Made by a program: the position numbers and the translations under genes. Below the pieces are notes generated by a model. It was not told the DNA's origin. It was given only the letters and a program-made list of their open reading frames with translations, and searched no databases. A DNA stretch of 60,458 nucleotides, taken from the IMG/VR virus record IMGVR_UViG_3300045988_036809; one strand, 5' to 3'. Origin of the DNA: a virus. Of the stretch, positions 44,892 to 55,737 are shown piece by piece (position 1 is the first letter of the stretch; each line of letters opens with the position of its first letter).

Positions 44892-45218
44892 CTATGTATT
44901 TTTCAAATCTTCTTCAATTTTAAGAAGATCATCACGCGTAAGATTCTTGCATTCTCCGGCGTAATATCCACAATGTTTATCTACCGATTTGATAAAATCG
45001 TCAATCGCCTTGTCGTAAATATCTTCAACTGTATTTACATCGTATGCATCACACAATGCCTGATGCTGTTCTCTGTATGCTTTCAGTTCTTCCAGCCATT
45101 CTGCAACTTGCCTATATTCTTTGTTTAATTTTTCAGCAATATCAGGGTCTTTTGAAAATATAATATGCCCCTTTTCTGCCAAGGCTTTAAATCTTTCTAT
45201 TGATTCATCAATCGTCAT
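44892..45218 (-). CDS. Hypothetical protein
   Basis: ORF only. Confidence 0.4.
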   Translation of the reverse strand: MTIDESIERFKALAEKGHIIFSKDPDIAEKLNKEYRQVAEWLEELKAYREQHQALCDAYDVNTVEDIYDKAIDDFIKSVDKHCGYYAGECKNLTRDDLLKIEEDLKNT

Positions 45219-45459
45219 TATCTACCACACCTCCTTCCCACGCTTTAAGCATTGATTTCTTGCCATCTATCGAAGTCTCGTTGTAATAGCATCCAAGTTC
45301 CCGGTAATACTGATTCTCCGGCGTGTAAATCGTAACCTGTGACATATAATCACGTATCAGAGACATAGCCTTATCCTTGCGCTTCTTGTCAAGGAAGATA
45401 ATCGGCCGTATTCCATACCGCTTCTTATATGCCTTTTTCCACTTCCTATGATTCATCAC
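45208..45459 (-). CDS. Hypothetical protein
   Basis: ORF only. Confidence 0.4.
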   Translation of the reverse strand: MMNHRKWKKAYKKRYGIRPIIFLDKKRKDKAMSLIRDYMSQVTIYTPENQYYRELGCYYNETSIDGKKSMLKAWEGGVVDNDD

Positions 45460-45730
45460 TCTTCATTCTCCCGACACATCTATCCTGCTTCTTGCATATA
45501 TAATTCTGAATCTCACTATCAGATACTCCGTACACCTGTTTCAGAATATCCATACAGATCATAACATCCGCCATTTCTTCAATGAGGTTGTCTCTGCTGC
45601 CCTTGCCACGCTTCTTCTTGCTAATTGCCTGTATAAGCTCCGAACATTCCTCCATGCATACTGTCGTCTGTAAATCAGCACCATAATTTTCAACGCTCTT
45701 TGTAACTACGTTTGAATCAATAATAATCAC
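45446..45730 (-). CDS. MazG-like nucleotide pyrophosphohydrolase
   Basis: CMEECSELIQAISK..LIEEMADVMICMDIL motif. Start tentatively GTG at 45730 to avoid a 112-nt overlap. Confidence 0.55.
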   Translation of the reverse strand: MIIIDSNVVTKSVENYGADLQTTVCMEECSELIQAISKKKRGKGSRDNLIEEMADVMICMDILKQVYGVSDSEIQNYICKKQDRCVGRMKSDES

Positions 45731-46131
45731 TTTAATCTCACATCCTTTTCGTTCATGCGAATTGAATATTCCAATCCGCACTCTTCCTTTAATATTGATA
45801 TCTGATCGTTCCAATCGGTATAGTTCTCGCCGATACACTCTGCCTTAAAATTAAACCGCTTCTTAAACCGGTTTAAGCGCTCTCTACCGAATCCAAATTC
45901 ATCATGCAGTGTTACAGATGCCAGAATCAGAATCGTGTCAAGCATCATGTTCTTGGCGTTGTCTGTAAACTCTTGCAATGCCTTATCATCAATCCGTACA
46001 GGTATGTTATATGCTCCACGTTTTCTTAAATCGTATTCTAAGGCATCTAAGCCGTGTTCCCTTGCGTATCTAAGTGCATATGACATTCCTTCACGTCTTG
46101 CCTGTTCTTCTTTGCTTTTGCTCATTTTCAA
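45727..46131 (-). CDS. Hypothetical protein
   Basis: ORF only. Confidence 0.45.
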   Translation of the reverse strand: MKMSKSKEEQARREGMSYALRYAREHGLDALEYDLRKRGAYNIPVRIDDKALQEFTDNAKNMMLDTILILASVTLHDEFGFGRERLNRFKKRFNFKAECIGENYTDWNDQISILKEECGLEYSIRMNEKDVRLK

Positions 46132-46139
46132 TCACACTC

Positions 46140-46346
46140 CTAATTTTCTTTGTGACGATTTCTCTTGTACCGCTCATATTGTTCCTTATGCATATCTTTT
46201 ATAGAATTATGCACAAATTTCTGCTTTCGAATACTCTCTTTAAGCTTCTCATGTGCTTCTGTATATGCCTTATATCTGTCGCATATACCGTGACAACCGA
46301 TATACCTATCATAACAATCCATGCACGGTGATAGTAGTTTTACCAT
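46140..46346 (-). CDS. Small Cys-rich protein
   Basis: CMDCYDRYIGCHGICDRY. Confidence 0.4.
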   Translation of the reverse strand: MVKLLSPCMDCYDRYIGCHGICDRYKAYTEAHEKLKESIRKQKFVHNSIKDMHKEQYERYKRNRHKEN

Positions 46347-46350
46347 TTAA

Positions 46351-48411
46351 TCACTCCTGCTCAATGTTCAAATTCCTAAACATGGCACACATAACATCTA
46401 CAACGATGCTATTGCCAAATTGCTTATATAACTGCGTATTGCTATTGACTGCTGCCATTTTGTCAATATCTTCATCAGATACACCCATCAGACGTCCACA
46501 CTCTCTCGGTGTCAGCTTTCTGATACGATATCCGACATTATATAGATATGAATTCCCACCAGCATTTCCTACTGGTTGCGAACCTAATGCCATGGCGCAA
46601 GCATCAGAACTGTATACTCTATTCCCTTGTCTATACTGTTTTCCAAACTCGTTTTCTTTTCCAACTCCACCTAACAATAAAGGTTTTTCAAGCAATAAAT
46701 TATCTTTCTGTACCGTTGTAAGTGTGTTAGACACGCCGTCCTGTCTAGGTTCCAATTCCGTCATATTGTGCCTACTTTCTTGTATCTGCCCGCTTTCATA
46801 TGCTTTTCGTATCTGTTTGCCATATTCTGTGCGCTTGGGTGTTAATACTTGGCTTTCCATAACAAGATTATCTTTCTGCACACTTGTCAAACAATTACTT
46901 GTGCCTTGCATATTTACCTCTAATCTCTGCTCTGTCGGACTTCCCACAGTTCTATCTGACGGATTATCAGGATTTCTGCCACGCATAGCAACTATCTGGC
47001 TTTCGCATATTTTAATCTGTTGTGTACCGCCGCCCTCAACTGTTGTGATATTAGGGCAAAGCGCATTTTCATCATATACTGTGTTCGATTGGTGCTTTCC
47101 TGTACCATTATCCATAAATCCTAATTGCCTTGATTCAAGAATTTTCGGTTCTTGATTGCCACCTTGCATTGTACTCAATGTTGGACTACACCCCCCACAT
47201 CATAAATTCTGTTGGTACTCTCAAATTTTGCTTCAAGAGAGCCTAAAACATTTACATCTGCCATAACTACTCCTAAATCATGTTTTTCAGCTTTGACACA
47301 TCGGGAGACACCCCCCGCGATAATGCCTTTCTGAAATATGTCTGAAACTTCTGTGTATATACTTCCTAATACTTCCATTCAATTACTCCGTTCGTTCCGT
47401 AATTATTCAATCCCTTATAGTCTCTTGCCATAATTGTTGTCGAAACATCAGTCAAGGATGCTGTTGGTTCAATATCTTTATCAACCATTCCCTTTAACAA
47501 CAAGGTTTCCGTCCGACCGCAAATTTGAGATCCCTGCATCATATCTTGCCTTGATGCAGTTTGCAATTTCTCTTCGCTGCGGTTTATTGATTGTTCCGTC
47601 GACGCAAGTCTGCTCTGCTCTGCTCTGCTCTGCTCTGCTCTGCTCTTAGGGATTGTATTTGGCAATGTGCCATTGTCAATAAGCTGTTTTATCAGCTTTT
47701 CAGCCTTTTCATTATTTATGTAATACTTTTCATCTACATTATCCTCAAGATAGTCTTTCAACTTCTTTTTGAGTGGTATAGGCCGTGGAAAACTATATGA
47801 ATAATTGCCAAGGAGTGAAAACATAAAACACCTGTTTCTATTCTGTGCAACTCCATAATTTTTAGCATTCAAATCTTGCCAATAGTTCGTGTAACCTAAA
47901 CTTTCCAGGAACTCCAACCACTTCTCAAAATCATCAATATTTTTCTTTCCGTGTACTTGTGGTACATTTTCCATGAATAATATCTGCGGCAACTCTCCGC
48001 CACCATCTCTGATTTCAGTTAGTATTCTCTCAACTTCCCACAAAAGTCCTGATCGTGTGCCGCTACCCTTAGACATACCGGCTTGCTTCCCGGCAACAGA
48101 TAGGTCCGTACACGGAAAAGAGTAAGTAAGTAAGTAAGTGAATGTATTTGTGTCACAGATATCCAAATCTTCTGCATGAACCTTAGTTATATCCATTGTA
48201 GGAAAATTCGTTCCGTGTACTGCGTTGTAGCTTGCAATAGCATACTTATCAAACTCAACAACCCTGTAATGTTCAAACTTAGCGCCTATTCTTTTTAGTG
48301 CCATTGCCTGACTTCCGTAGCCGGTCAGCCAGCAAATAACTCTATAAGACGTATAGGCTTTGTAATTTTTATTGGCTCTCTAATTATGTCAAATAATGTT
48401 ATCTGCTGCAT
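46351..48411 (-). pseudogene. Multi-TRD DNA (cytosine-5) methyltransferase, broken into at least four frames
   Basis: Motif I LIELFAG (28-aa ORF 48325-48411, then TGA). YGSQAMAL, FPCTDLS, ENV and QNRNR in 47366-48304. TRD-like modules lie in 47175-47378 and 46351-47178. Motifs IX/X are RKLTPRECGRLMG and QFGNSIVV. Confidence 0.75.
47611..47645. repeat. Pentanucleotide repeat (TGCTC)7 inside the C5 methyltransferase
   Basis: Read directly. Encodes SRAEQSRAEQS in the annotated frame. Confidence 0.95.
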
Positions 48412-48415
48412 TTCA

Positions 48416-49144
48416 TCACTTCCTCTCTGTATTTCCCATAAAATCACTCAATCTCATTTGTGCCATTTCGGTATCTAACCTCTGCTTTGATACCTTGTAA
48501 TAGTATTCGTCAAGCTCAAATCCAACAAATTTATGATTTGTGTTATAGCAAGCTATTAGACTACTCGCACTGCCTACATGAGTATCAAGTATAATGTCAT
48601 TAGGCTTTGCGTATCTGCTTAATAACCATTCATATAACGCAACTGGTTTCTGCGTTGGGTGTATGCGCTTTTCATTTAATCTTTTGTTACCCTGCTGGGT
48701 AGTACCTTCAGTAATTGATTTCCCTTGGAACATTCCTCGCCACATATAGCGAAAAATATCAACCCTATTATTCATACTGCAGTATGCTATTTCTGCGTCT
48801 GACTGGTCACTTCCCTCGTTACATTTATCCCAAACGATACGACCGCCTATTAGCGGATAATCAAAGTAATTGCAACCAAAAATAATTTGATTTTTTGAAA
48901 CCCTCATAAGTTCATTGAAGTAATCTTCTGAAGGTGGCTCATTATCCCAATTCCGATTTCCGTACTGCCCATCTTTTACGAATATTTTACTTCCGTTTTT
49001 CTGCCTAACATATCCGCTTCTATTTCTTCCACCGTGTTCCTTTCTCCCATATGGTGGGTCTACAATCGCAAGGTCAAAATATTTGTCAGGAAATTCTTTC
49101 ATTCCTTGCATACAATCCATGATGTAATATCCAAAATCTAACAT
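48416..49144 (-). CDS. DNA methyltransferase, N6-adenine/N4-cytosine (beta class)
   Basis: IVDPPYG catalytic motif, followed later by ILDTHVGSASS (SAM binding). Confidence 0.85.
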   Translation of the reverse strand: MLDFGYYIMDCMQGMKEFPDKYFDLAIVDPPYGRKEHGGRNRSGYVRQKNGSKIFVKDGQYGNRNWDNEPPSEDYFNELMRVSKNQIIFGCNYFDYPLIGGRIVWDKCNEGSDQSDAEIAYCSMNNRVDIFRYMWRGMFQGKSITEGTTQQGNKRLNEKRIHPTQKPVALYEWLLSRYAKPNDIILDTHVGSASSLIACYNTNHKFVGFELDEYYYKVSKQRLDTEMAQMRLSDFMGNTERK

Positions 49145-49206
49145 TTTCTCTTACCAAAAGGAAACCTCGGTTTTATGTGCGCACAACCTATTCCTTTCTT
49201 TGATTT

Positions 49207-49347
49207 TTAGTCTATAGTTCTATACTTATCTTCGTGAAATTCTCTATCTTCTTCGTTAGAATAAGTCCTTTTGCAATTTGTGCAAAATTCTAAATGCACC
49301 TCTATATCTGTGCTGTTTTCGTATCTACAGCCTTTGCAATCATTCAT
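49207..49347 (-). CDS. Small zinc-ribbon protein, 46 aa
   Basis: ATGA overlap with upstream stop. MNDCKGCRYENSTDIEVHLEFCTNCKRTYSNEEDREFHEDKYRTID. Below the ORF-track cutoff. Confidence 0.4.
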   Translation of the reverse strand: MNDCKGCRYENSTDIEVHLEFCTNCKRTYSNEEDREFHEDKYRTID

Positions 49348-49940
49348 TCTGAATCACCAACTTTCAATAAATCCATAAACTTCTCATACTGTTTCTGCGA
49401 TACCTTGTTATTAGCCTTATCTTCTCTCAATTCGATTTTAAGGTGCTTTTCTGCAATGTTGGATAATTCCCTCGCCAAAACCTTTTTACCTTGCTGTATG
49501 CCCTGCATATAGCCCTTAGGTGCTTTTCTCTCGCCTATTGAACCGCTGGCACGATTTTCTCCTTGACCGCCTAAACTGACATTCCTAAGCTGATAACCCT
49601 TGTCGGCGTATAATCGGATATACTTCTTTTCTGCTTCGTCAAGTTGTGAAGCCGGAAGATTCATAAATTCAATTCGCCATCCGTAAGGATTTTTCTCTGC
49701 ATCGTACAATCCGTGTGATCTGATACTTAAATCTATGTGTTGCTGATAACCGGATAAATGACTTGCCAATCTGCTGATTACATGTACCGCCTGCCCGATG
49801 TACGCAAACTTGAATCCGTTTTCATCCTCTCGAAGCAAGAAATATATACCGCTCTTGTCATTCAACTTAGGATTCACTTTGAGAAGTCTGTCTTTGTTAT
49901 TTTTCTCAATCGCATACACTTGTCTGTAATTCGTAGCCAC
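49344..49940 (-). CDS. GIY-YIG nuclease-domain protein
   Basis: GIYFLLRED..FAYIGQAVHVISRLASH...YIRLYADKGYQLRN. Confidence 0.7.
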   Translation of the reverse strand: MATNYRQVYAIEKNNKDRLLKVNPKLNDKSGIYFLLREDENGFKFAYIGQAVHVISRLASHLSGYQQHIDLSIRSHGLYDAEKNPYGWRIEFMNLPASQLDEAEKKYIRLYADKGYQLRNVSLGGQGENRASGSIGERKAPKGYMQGIQQGKKVLARELSNIAEKHLKIELREDKANNKVSQKQYEKFMDLLKVGDSE

Positions 49941-50099
49941 TTATGCCTCACACTCCTTTAAGTCGCTTGCTATCTGGTCTAAATCAGATACAATCTGTGC
50001 GAAGCAATCCGTTGGGTTCTCGCTCACAAGGTCTTTAATCGCCTGTACAACGTCGTCAACGCCTTGATTGTACTGATTCTGCTCGTCAATATTTACCAC
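49941..50099 (-). CDS. Small acidic hypothetical protein
   Basis: GTG start. Stop abuts the next start. Below the ORF-track cutoff. Confidence 0.3.
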   Translation of the reverse strand: MVNIDEQNQYNQGVDDVVQAIKDLVSENPTDCFAQIVSDLDQIASDLKECEA

Positions 50100-50143
50100 A
50101 TTTTTCACTCTCCTTTATCCCTGCCGCCCACCACTTATAAAAT

Positions 50144-51347
<1,204 letters not shown>

Positions 51348-51358
51348 ATCATCAACTC

Positions 51359-51790
51359 CTACTTAAATGGTAAATCGTTGCCTGTCAATCCTGTCGGAAT
51401 ATCCATAAATCCAGCATCAGCAGGCATCGGCTTCGGTGCATCCTGTGTGTTACCGCCCTGTCTACTTTCACAAAATTCGTGTTCTTCGACAACAACGTCT
51501 GTCGTGTACACCTTATTTCCGTCTTTGTTCGTGTAACTTCCTGTCTGGATTCGCCCTACAATTGCAATCTTTGTACCCTGCTTCAAATACTTTTCTGCAA
51601 ACTCGGCGTTCTTTCCGAACGCAATGCAGCTAATAAAATCTGCGTTCTGTTCGTTCCCGGAATTGTCTTTTCTCTGGAATCTACGGTCAACTGCAAGTGT
51701 ATATCTTGCGATTGCTAAAGGCTCCGCCGATTGTGTGTATCTGATTTCCGGATCACGTGTTAATCGACCCATCAAAATTACTTTATTCAT
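51359..51790 (-). CDS. ssb: Single-stranded DNA-binding protein
   Basis: MNKVILMGRLTRDPEIRYT OB-fold start. C-terminal acidic tip NDLPF. Confidence 0.9.
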   Translation of the reverse strand: MNKVILMGRLTRDPEIRYTQSAEPLAIARYTLAVDRRFQRKDNSGNEQNADFISCIAFGKNAEFAEKYLKQGTKIAIVGRIQTGSYTNKDGNKVYTTDVVVEEHEFCESRQGGNTQDAPKPMPADAGFMDIPTGLTGNDLPFK

Positions 51791-51807
51791 TTTTAATACC
51801 TCCATCT

Positions 51808-52407
51808 CTAATACGTTAAATCATCATATTCATTGCCCTTGACAATGAAATCCTCTGCATACGTCATTTCGTATGAAATGCCTGTCTCTTTGCACTTGAA
51901 CTCAAAACACGCTGCGCTTGCAATCCACCGACACACATACCGCTTGCCGTTCTTATCTTCGCAAATATCATGTTCATAGATAAGCTGTCCGTCTGCATCT
52001 CTGCATCCGGTGCATCGACAAATCGTATCTTTGTCAATGATGTGTGCCATATCCATGAGAAGTTCTCTCGCGGATCGCATAAAACAAGCTCCCTCAAACT
52101 TCTCGATAATGAACACAAAGTTGTCGTTCCAATCCTGTATTACAAGGCTTCCTTCAACCCAATCATGTGTTGAATCGTCAATAGCCTTGCACAACATCGC
52201 ATCTCTCTTCATTCCCATTTCGTAATTCACATCCTCCCAACAATCCCGGCAATAATCGCTATCGCCATCGTGAATAAACTTTTCTGAATCGGTCGTTTGA
52301 TCTCCGCATCTGTCACACTCGAACACGTAATAGTCATTCTTCCTACCACAGTTAATGCAACCTTGCGGACAACCAACGCAATCATTTTCTTTCCATCTGC
52401 TCATCAT
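51808..52407 (-). CDS. Cys-rich N-terminal domain + YopX-like C-terminal domain protein
   Basis: CVGCPQGCINCG..CDRCG, then WVEGSLV...CRCTGCRDADGQLIYEHDI. Confidence 0.45.
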   Translation of the reverse strand: MMSRWKENDCVGCPQGCINCGRKNDYYVFECDRCGDQTTDSEKFIHDGDSDYCRDCWEDVNYEMGMKRDAMLCKAIDDSTHDWVEGSLVIQDWNDNFVFIIEKFEGACFMRSARELLMDMAHIIDKDTICRCTGCRDADGQLIYEHDICEDKNGKRYVCRWIASAACFEFKCKETGISYEMTYAEDFIVKGNEYDDLTY

Positions 52408-52766
52408 CCCACCGCCTTGCCCTTAATAATCTTGCCCGGCTTAATGCGTGTAAGAAGTCCAAGTTCCAATCCGTTATGCGGTCTCCACAGGTGCAAGCAA
52501 TTATCAACCATGTTGACGTACTCACTTTTCTTTGGCATGATCTGATATGCTTCCTCTTCATCGTTGAAAAACGCATCTTTCAGCTCGCACATTGCATCCC
52601 AATCGGGCAATCGTCCGTTATAAGGGCAGAAACTTACGTGTTCATAACCTCTCTCATTGTTTGAAAAAACAACGCTGCCCTTATACTTCCCAACCACGAT
52701 TTCTGAGCTGTATGTATTGATGTCGATTTTCTTTACATATTGGCAATGATTTCTTAATATCTTCAA
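52404..52766 (-). CDS. Hypothetical protein
   Basis: ORF only. Confidence 0.4.
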   Translation of the reverse strand: MKILRNHCQYVKKIDINTYSSEIVVGKYKGSVVFSNNERGYEHVSFCPYNGRLPDWDAMCELKDAFFNDEEEAYQIMPKKSEYVNMVDNCLHLWRPHNGLELGLLTRIKPGKIIKGKAVG

Positions 52767-52790
52767 TATCTTTCATCCTGTCATTCCTTT

Positions 52791-53021
52791 TTATTCTCTG
52801 TAACCGTCGTATATTTCAATAAACGGTTCTTTCGTTCCGATGAAATCTTCTCCGACAACAATCTCGCCTGAAAGTTTTGCAAATTCCATAAGCTCTTCTG
52901 CGCTTTCAACTTCGACATAAGCATCGCCATCCACAATTTCAACCTTATCCTTTAACTGTGGATATTTTATTAAAATAGGTTCTGCATCAATAATCGACGT
53001 TGTTATCAATCTAAATCTCAT
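52791..53021 (-). CDS. Hypothetical protein
   Basis: ORF only. Confidence 0.4.
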   Translation of the reverse strand: MRFRLITTSIIDAEPILIKYPQLKDKVEIVDGDAYVEVESAEELMEFAKLSGEIVVGEDFIGTKEPFIEIYDGYRE

Positions 53022-53158
53022 TTAATACTCCTTTCTAAAACGGACACTTTTTCTTCTACCATATTGGGTAATAATTCCCCTTATCATCCGAAACCCAATA
53101 ACCTGTGCTCCAAGTATCAGTTAATGGGTCGTAGACTTTTCTGCCTTTAATCATCTAA

Positions 53159-53647
53159 TCAACCTCCAAGGTTAGGCATTACGCATTCCCATACATAATC
53201 ATCATATTCAGTTTCTTTATCCTCTTTTAAGTTGCCGTTTTCGATAAGGATATATCTGCTAAATTCCATACCTCTTTCAAATGCTTCTATTTTTATATCA
53301 ACATTGTATGCTTTGGATAATTTAATGTATGGTTCACTTTCTACATCCCAAGCTGCTCTAAACTCCACAGCAATACAGGCATTTCCATCTTTTCCTTTCC
53401 AAACATTTATGTCGTTTGGCTCAACAAAGTTTCTGCGAGTGCCTTTTATATGTGCAGTCTTTTCGACATATATAGTTCCATCTTCTCTGTCTATCTTAAT
53501 GGCTTCTTTGTCAAGTTCTTCTCGCATATCAAATTTTGGTTCTCTAATGATAACTGTGTTCCAAACTTGAAGATTGTCAGCCAGAAGATTAAATACATCT
53601 TCCTGCTTTCCTCTGATTTTTAACATTCCCTCGCACCAGTTCGGCAT
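53159..53647 (-). CDS. DUF1281/Api92-like ferredoxin-like-domain protein
   Basis: Start MPNWCEGMLKIRGKQEDV behind AAAGGAG is typical of this family (from memory). Confidence 0.4.
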   Translation of the reverse strand: MPNWCEGMLKIRGKQEDVFNLLADNLQVWNTVIIREPKFDMREELDKEAIKIDREDGTIYVEKTAHIKGTRRNFVEPNDINVWKGKDGNACIAVEFRAAWDVESEPYIKLSKAYNVDIKIEAFERGMEFSRYILIENGNLKEDKETEYDDYVWECVMPNLGG

Positions 53648-53661
53648 ATCAATTCTCCTTT

Positions 53662-54398
53662 CTAAAACGGACACTCATTCGGATTCCGTAGCAACCATTC
53701 TTCGCCTGCCTCTGCAACATCCACATTCACGTTTGAAACTGTGCTTTTCATCTTGCCGATAAATAAATCCTTGTCAGCATTATTCTTCGACAGATGGCAC
53801 ATAATGACGTTCTGCAAATAATTTGAATTGTTCGATTTTACGAACTCGCAAGCCGTGTCAATACTCATATGCCCCCGATATACGTGGTTTACCTTTGCGG
53901 AATCTTCATTGTCGATTAAATCCTTGTCATAGTTCACACCTAAGAGAATGTGAGTTATGCCTTTGAATCGCCACTTAATTAAATTTGTGTCGGTTATATA
54001 AAGCATTCTCCCCATCTCTGGGTGAGTTATCAAAAATCCATAACAAGGACATTCGCTACCATCTGCATTTGTGTGTGTCCATCTATTGTCTGTTGTTGTC
54101 AATGGAAAATCTTTAACCTCAAATTCTCCGTATATTTTTGTGTAAAAATGCGGTTCAAATTTTTCATATGGTGCAAATGCAGGTATTCCCATTGACTCAA
54201 AATCGTTTAATGACTTGCTGTGGTCTAGAGGTGGGTGTGACTTATAATCACACCCTTTACCCCCCTTATGTTCCAATTCAATCCTTTCTTAATTTCCTTA
54301 ATCGGTATTCCGCAATCAAGGATAAGTGTTTCTCCGCTTTCGGAAGTTAAGGTGTAGCAATTACCTGTACTTCCTGTTGCAATACATTTAAACTTCAT
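53662..54398 (-). pseudogene. Metallo-beta-lactamase-fold nuclease with a frame break inside the HxHxDH motif
   Basis: 58-codon N-part (54225-54398, missing from ORF track): MKFKCIATGSTGNCYTLTSESGETLILDCG..VKGVIISHTHL*. It continues as LDHSKS in the -1 frame. cacctctagac versus expected cacctagac. Confidence 0.7.
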
Positions 54399-54401
54399 AA
54401 G

Positions 54402-55370
54402 CTACCTTGCCTTTTCTAGTGCGATTAATGAATTCCCACACGTAATCCTGTCTTCGTCCTCTTCCTTAGACGGAACAAATACAATTACATCCCAACCATC
54501 ATTAACAAGTGGCTGTTCAAACTGCTCATACACATCAAAGTCATGTATGATTTCATATCCTTCGTCTACAGCTTCTACAGTTTCATGAATTGGCGTCATC
54601 TTTACGATGCATTTTTCTTTGTCAAAATACTTGTTCATTAAATCAACATCAAGGTTGCTCTTAGAAGTAACTGCAAAATTTAATGTATATTTTCTCTTCT
54701 TCGGCATCGGAAGTTCTTTGATAATGTCGCCAATTTCCTGCAATGATAATGATTTATTTCTGAACATTTCTTTTCTGTTATTTTCATCTAAAGTATTAAT
54801 AGAAAACTGTAGACCGAATCCATCTTCTCCACCATATAAAAATCCAGTTGTTACCCATTTATGTAAAAACTCTTTAAGGTTTTTATTTGATTTTGGCATC
54901 ATAGTAGATACTACAGGATGATATGTATCAAAGGTTACATCTGAATTTTCACTCATAAGCATTGTGGCAATATATTCAGCAGATGTAATTACGCTTGGAT
55001 TGAAAGTAGGTTCTCCCATTCTTGCATAATGCACATTCAATCTTTGACCGTGTTTGATACCCGATAAAGCAACTCCTGACATAATCTCTGCAATTAGCTC
55101 TGGTAACGTAGCATTACCATTAAAACCAAGTTTAGGACAATCGCAAAAATTACAATTCATAGGGCAACCCTTTTGTGAAGATACAGTAACTACGAGCTTA
55201 TCAGTAATATCTACAGGCTTATGTTCTACATTATCAATTCTCTTATCATATCCAAGAAATGATGCCTTGATATTATTCTCTTTTCCGTAGTCGCCAACAT
55301 ATAGATACTCTAAGTTCAAATCCGTATCAGTAACAATTTTACCTGTATGTGTTTCTGTAATTTTTCGCAT
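54402..55370 (-). CDS. Radical SAM enzyme of the RlmN/Cfr type
   Basis: VSSQKGCPMNCNFCDCPKLGFNGN parallels RlmN [24 protein letters not shown]. C-terminal DRITCGNS parallels the conserved C-terminal Cys. Confidence 0.65.
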   Translation of the reverse strand: MRKITETHTGKIVTDTDLNLEYLYVGDYGKENNIKASFLGYDKRIDNVEHKPVDITDKLVVTVSSQKGCPMNCNFCDCPKLGFNGNATLPELIAEIMSGVALSGIKHGQRLNVHYARMGEPTFNPSVITSAEYIATMLMSENSDVTFDTYHPVVSTMMPKSNKNLKEFLHKWVTTGFLYGGEDGFGLQFSINTLDENNRKEMFRNKSLSLQEIGDIIKELPMPKKRKYTLNFAVTSKSNLDVDLMNKYFDKEKCIVKMTPIHETVEAVDEGYEIIHDFDVYEQFEQPLVNDGWDVIVFVPSKEEDEDRITCGNSLIALEKAR

Positions 55371-55408
55371 TTATGAATTTCTCCTTTCTAAACAAGTTAA
55401 CCTCATAC

Positions 55409-55735
55409 TCACACCTCGATTTCATCATCCTGTGGAAACTGGAATACATTCATATCGCAATAGGCGTTATGCTGTTCTATCATTTCATTGGTAGAAAGTG
55501 ACTTTTCCATATATTCAGCAGTGCCGCTTGCAATAACTTTCATTACTTCCAATTTTCCATATCTTCCTCTCAGCATTTCCATAGCCTTAATTGCCTTTTC
55601 CTCGGTGGAATATTGTGCCAATTTTCTTCCGATATATATTCCACTAAATATACACATTATTTCTTTTTCATCTTGATACAAGACTACATTTTCGTATGGA
55701 ACATCCATCGTTCCATCCTGTGAAATTACTCTCAT
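55409..55735 (-). CDS. Hypothetical protein
   Basis: ORF only. Confidence 0.4.
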   Translation of the reverse strand: MRVISQDGTMDVPYENVVLYQDEKEIMCIFSGIYIGRKLAQYSTEEKAIKAMEMLRGRYGKLEVMKVIASGTAEYMEKSLSTNEMIEQHNAYCDMNVFQFPQDDEIEV

Positions 55736-55737
55736 CC

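Noticed and set aside
53026-53668. 22-nt direct repeat CTCCTTTCTAAAACGGACACT at 53026-53050 and 53644-53668
   Set aside because: On the coding strand it is AGTGTCCGTTTTAGAAAGGAG, i.e. a stop codon plus Shine-Dalgarno context of two adjacent genes. Probably a local duplication or shared RBS context (a related TTTAGAAAGGAG is at 55381-55395).
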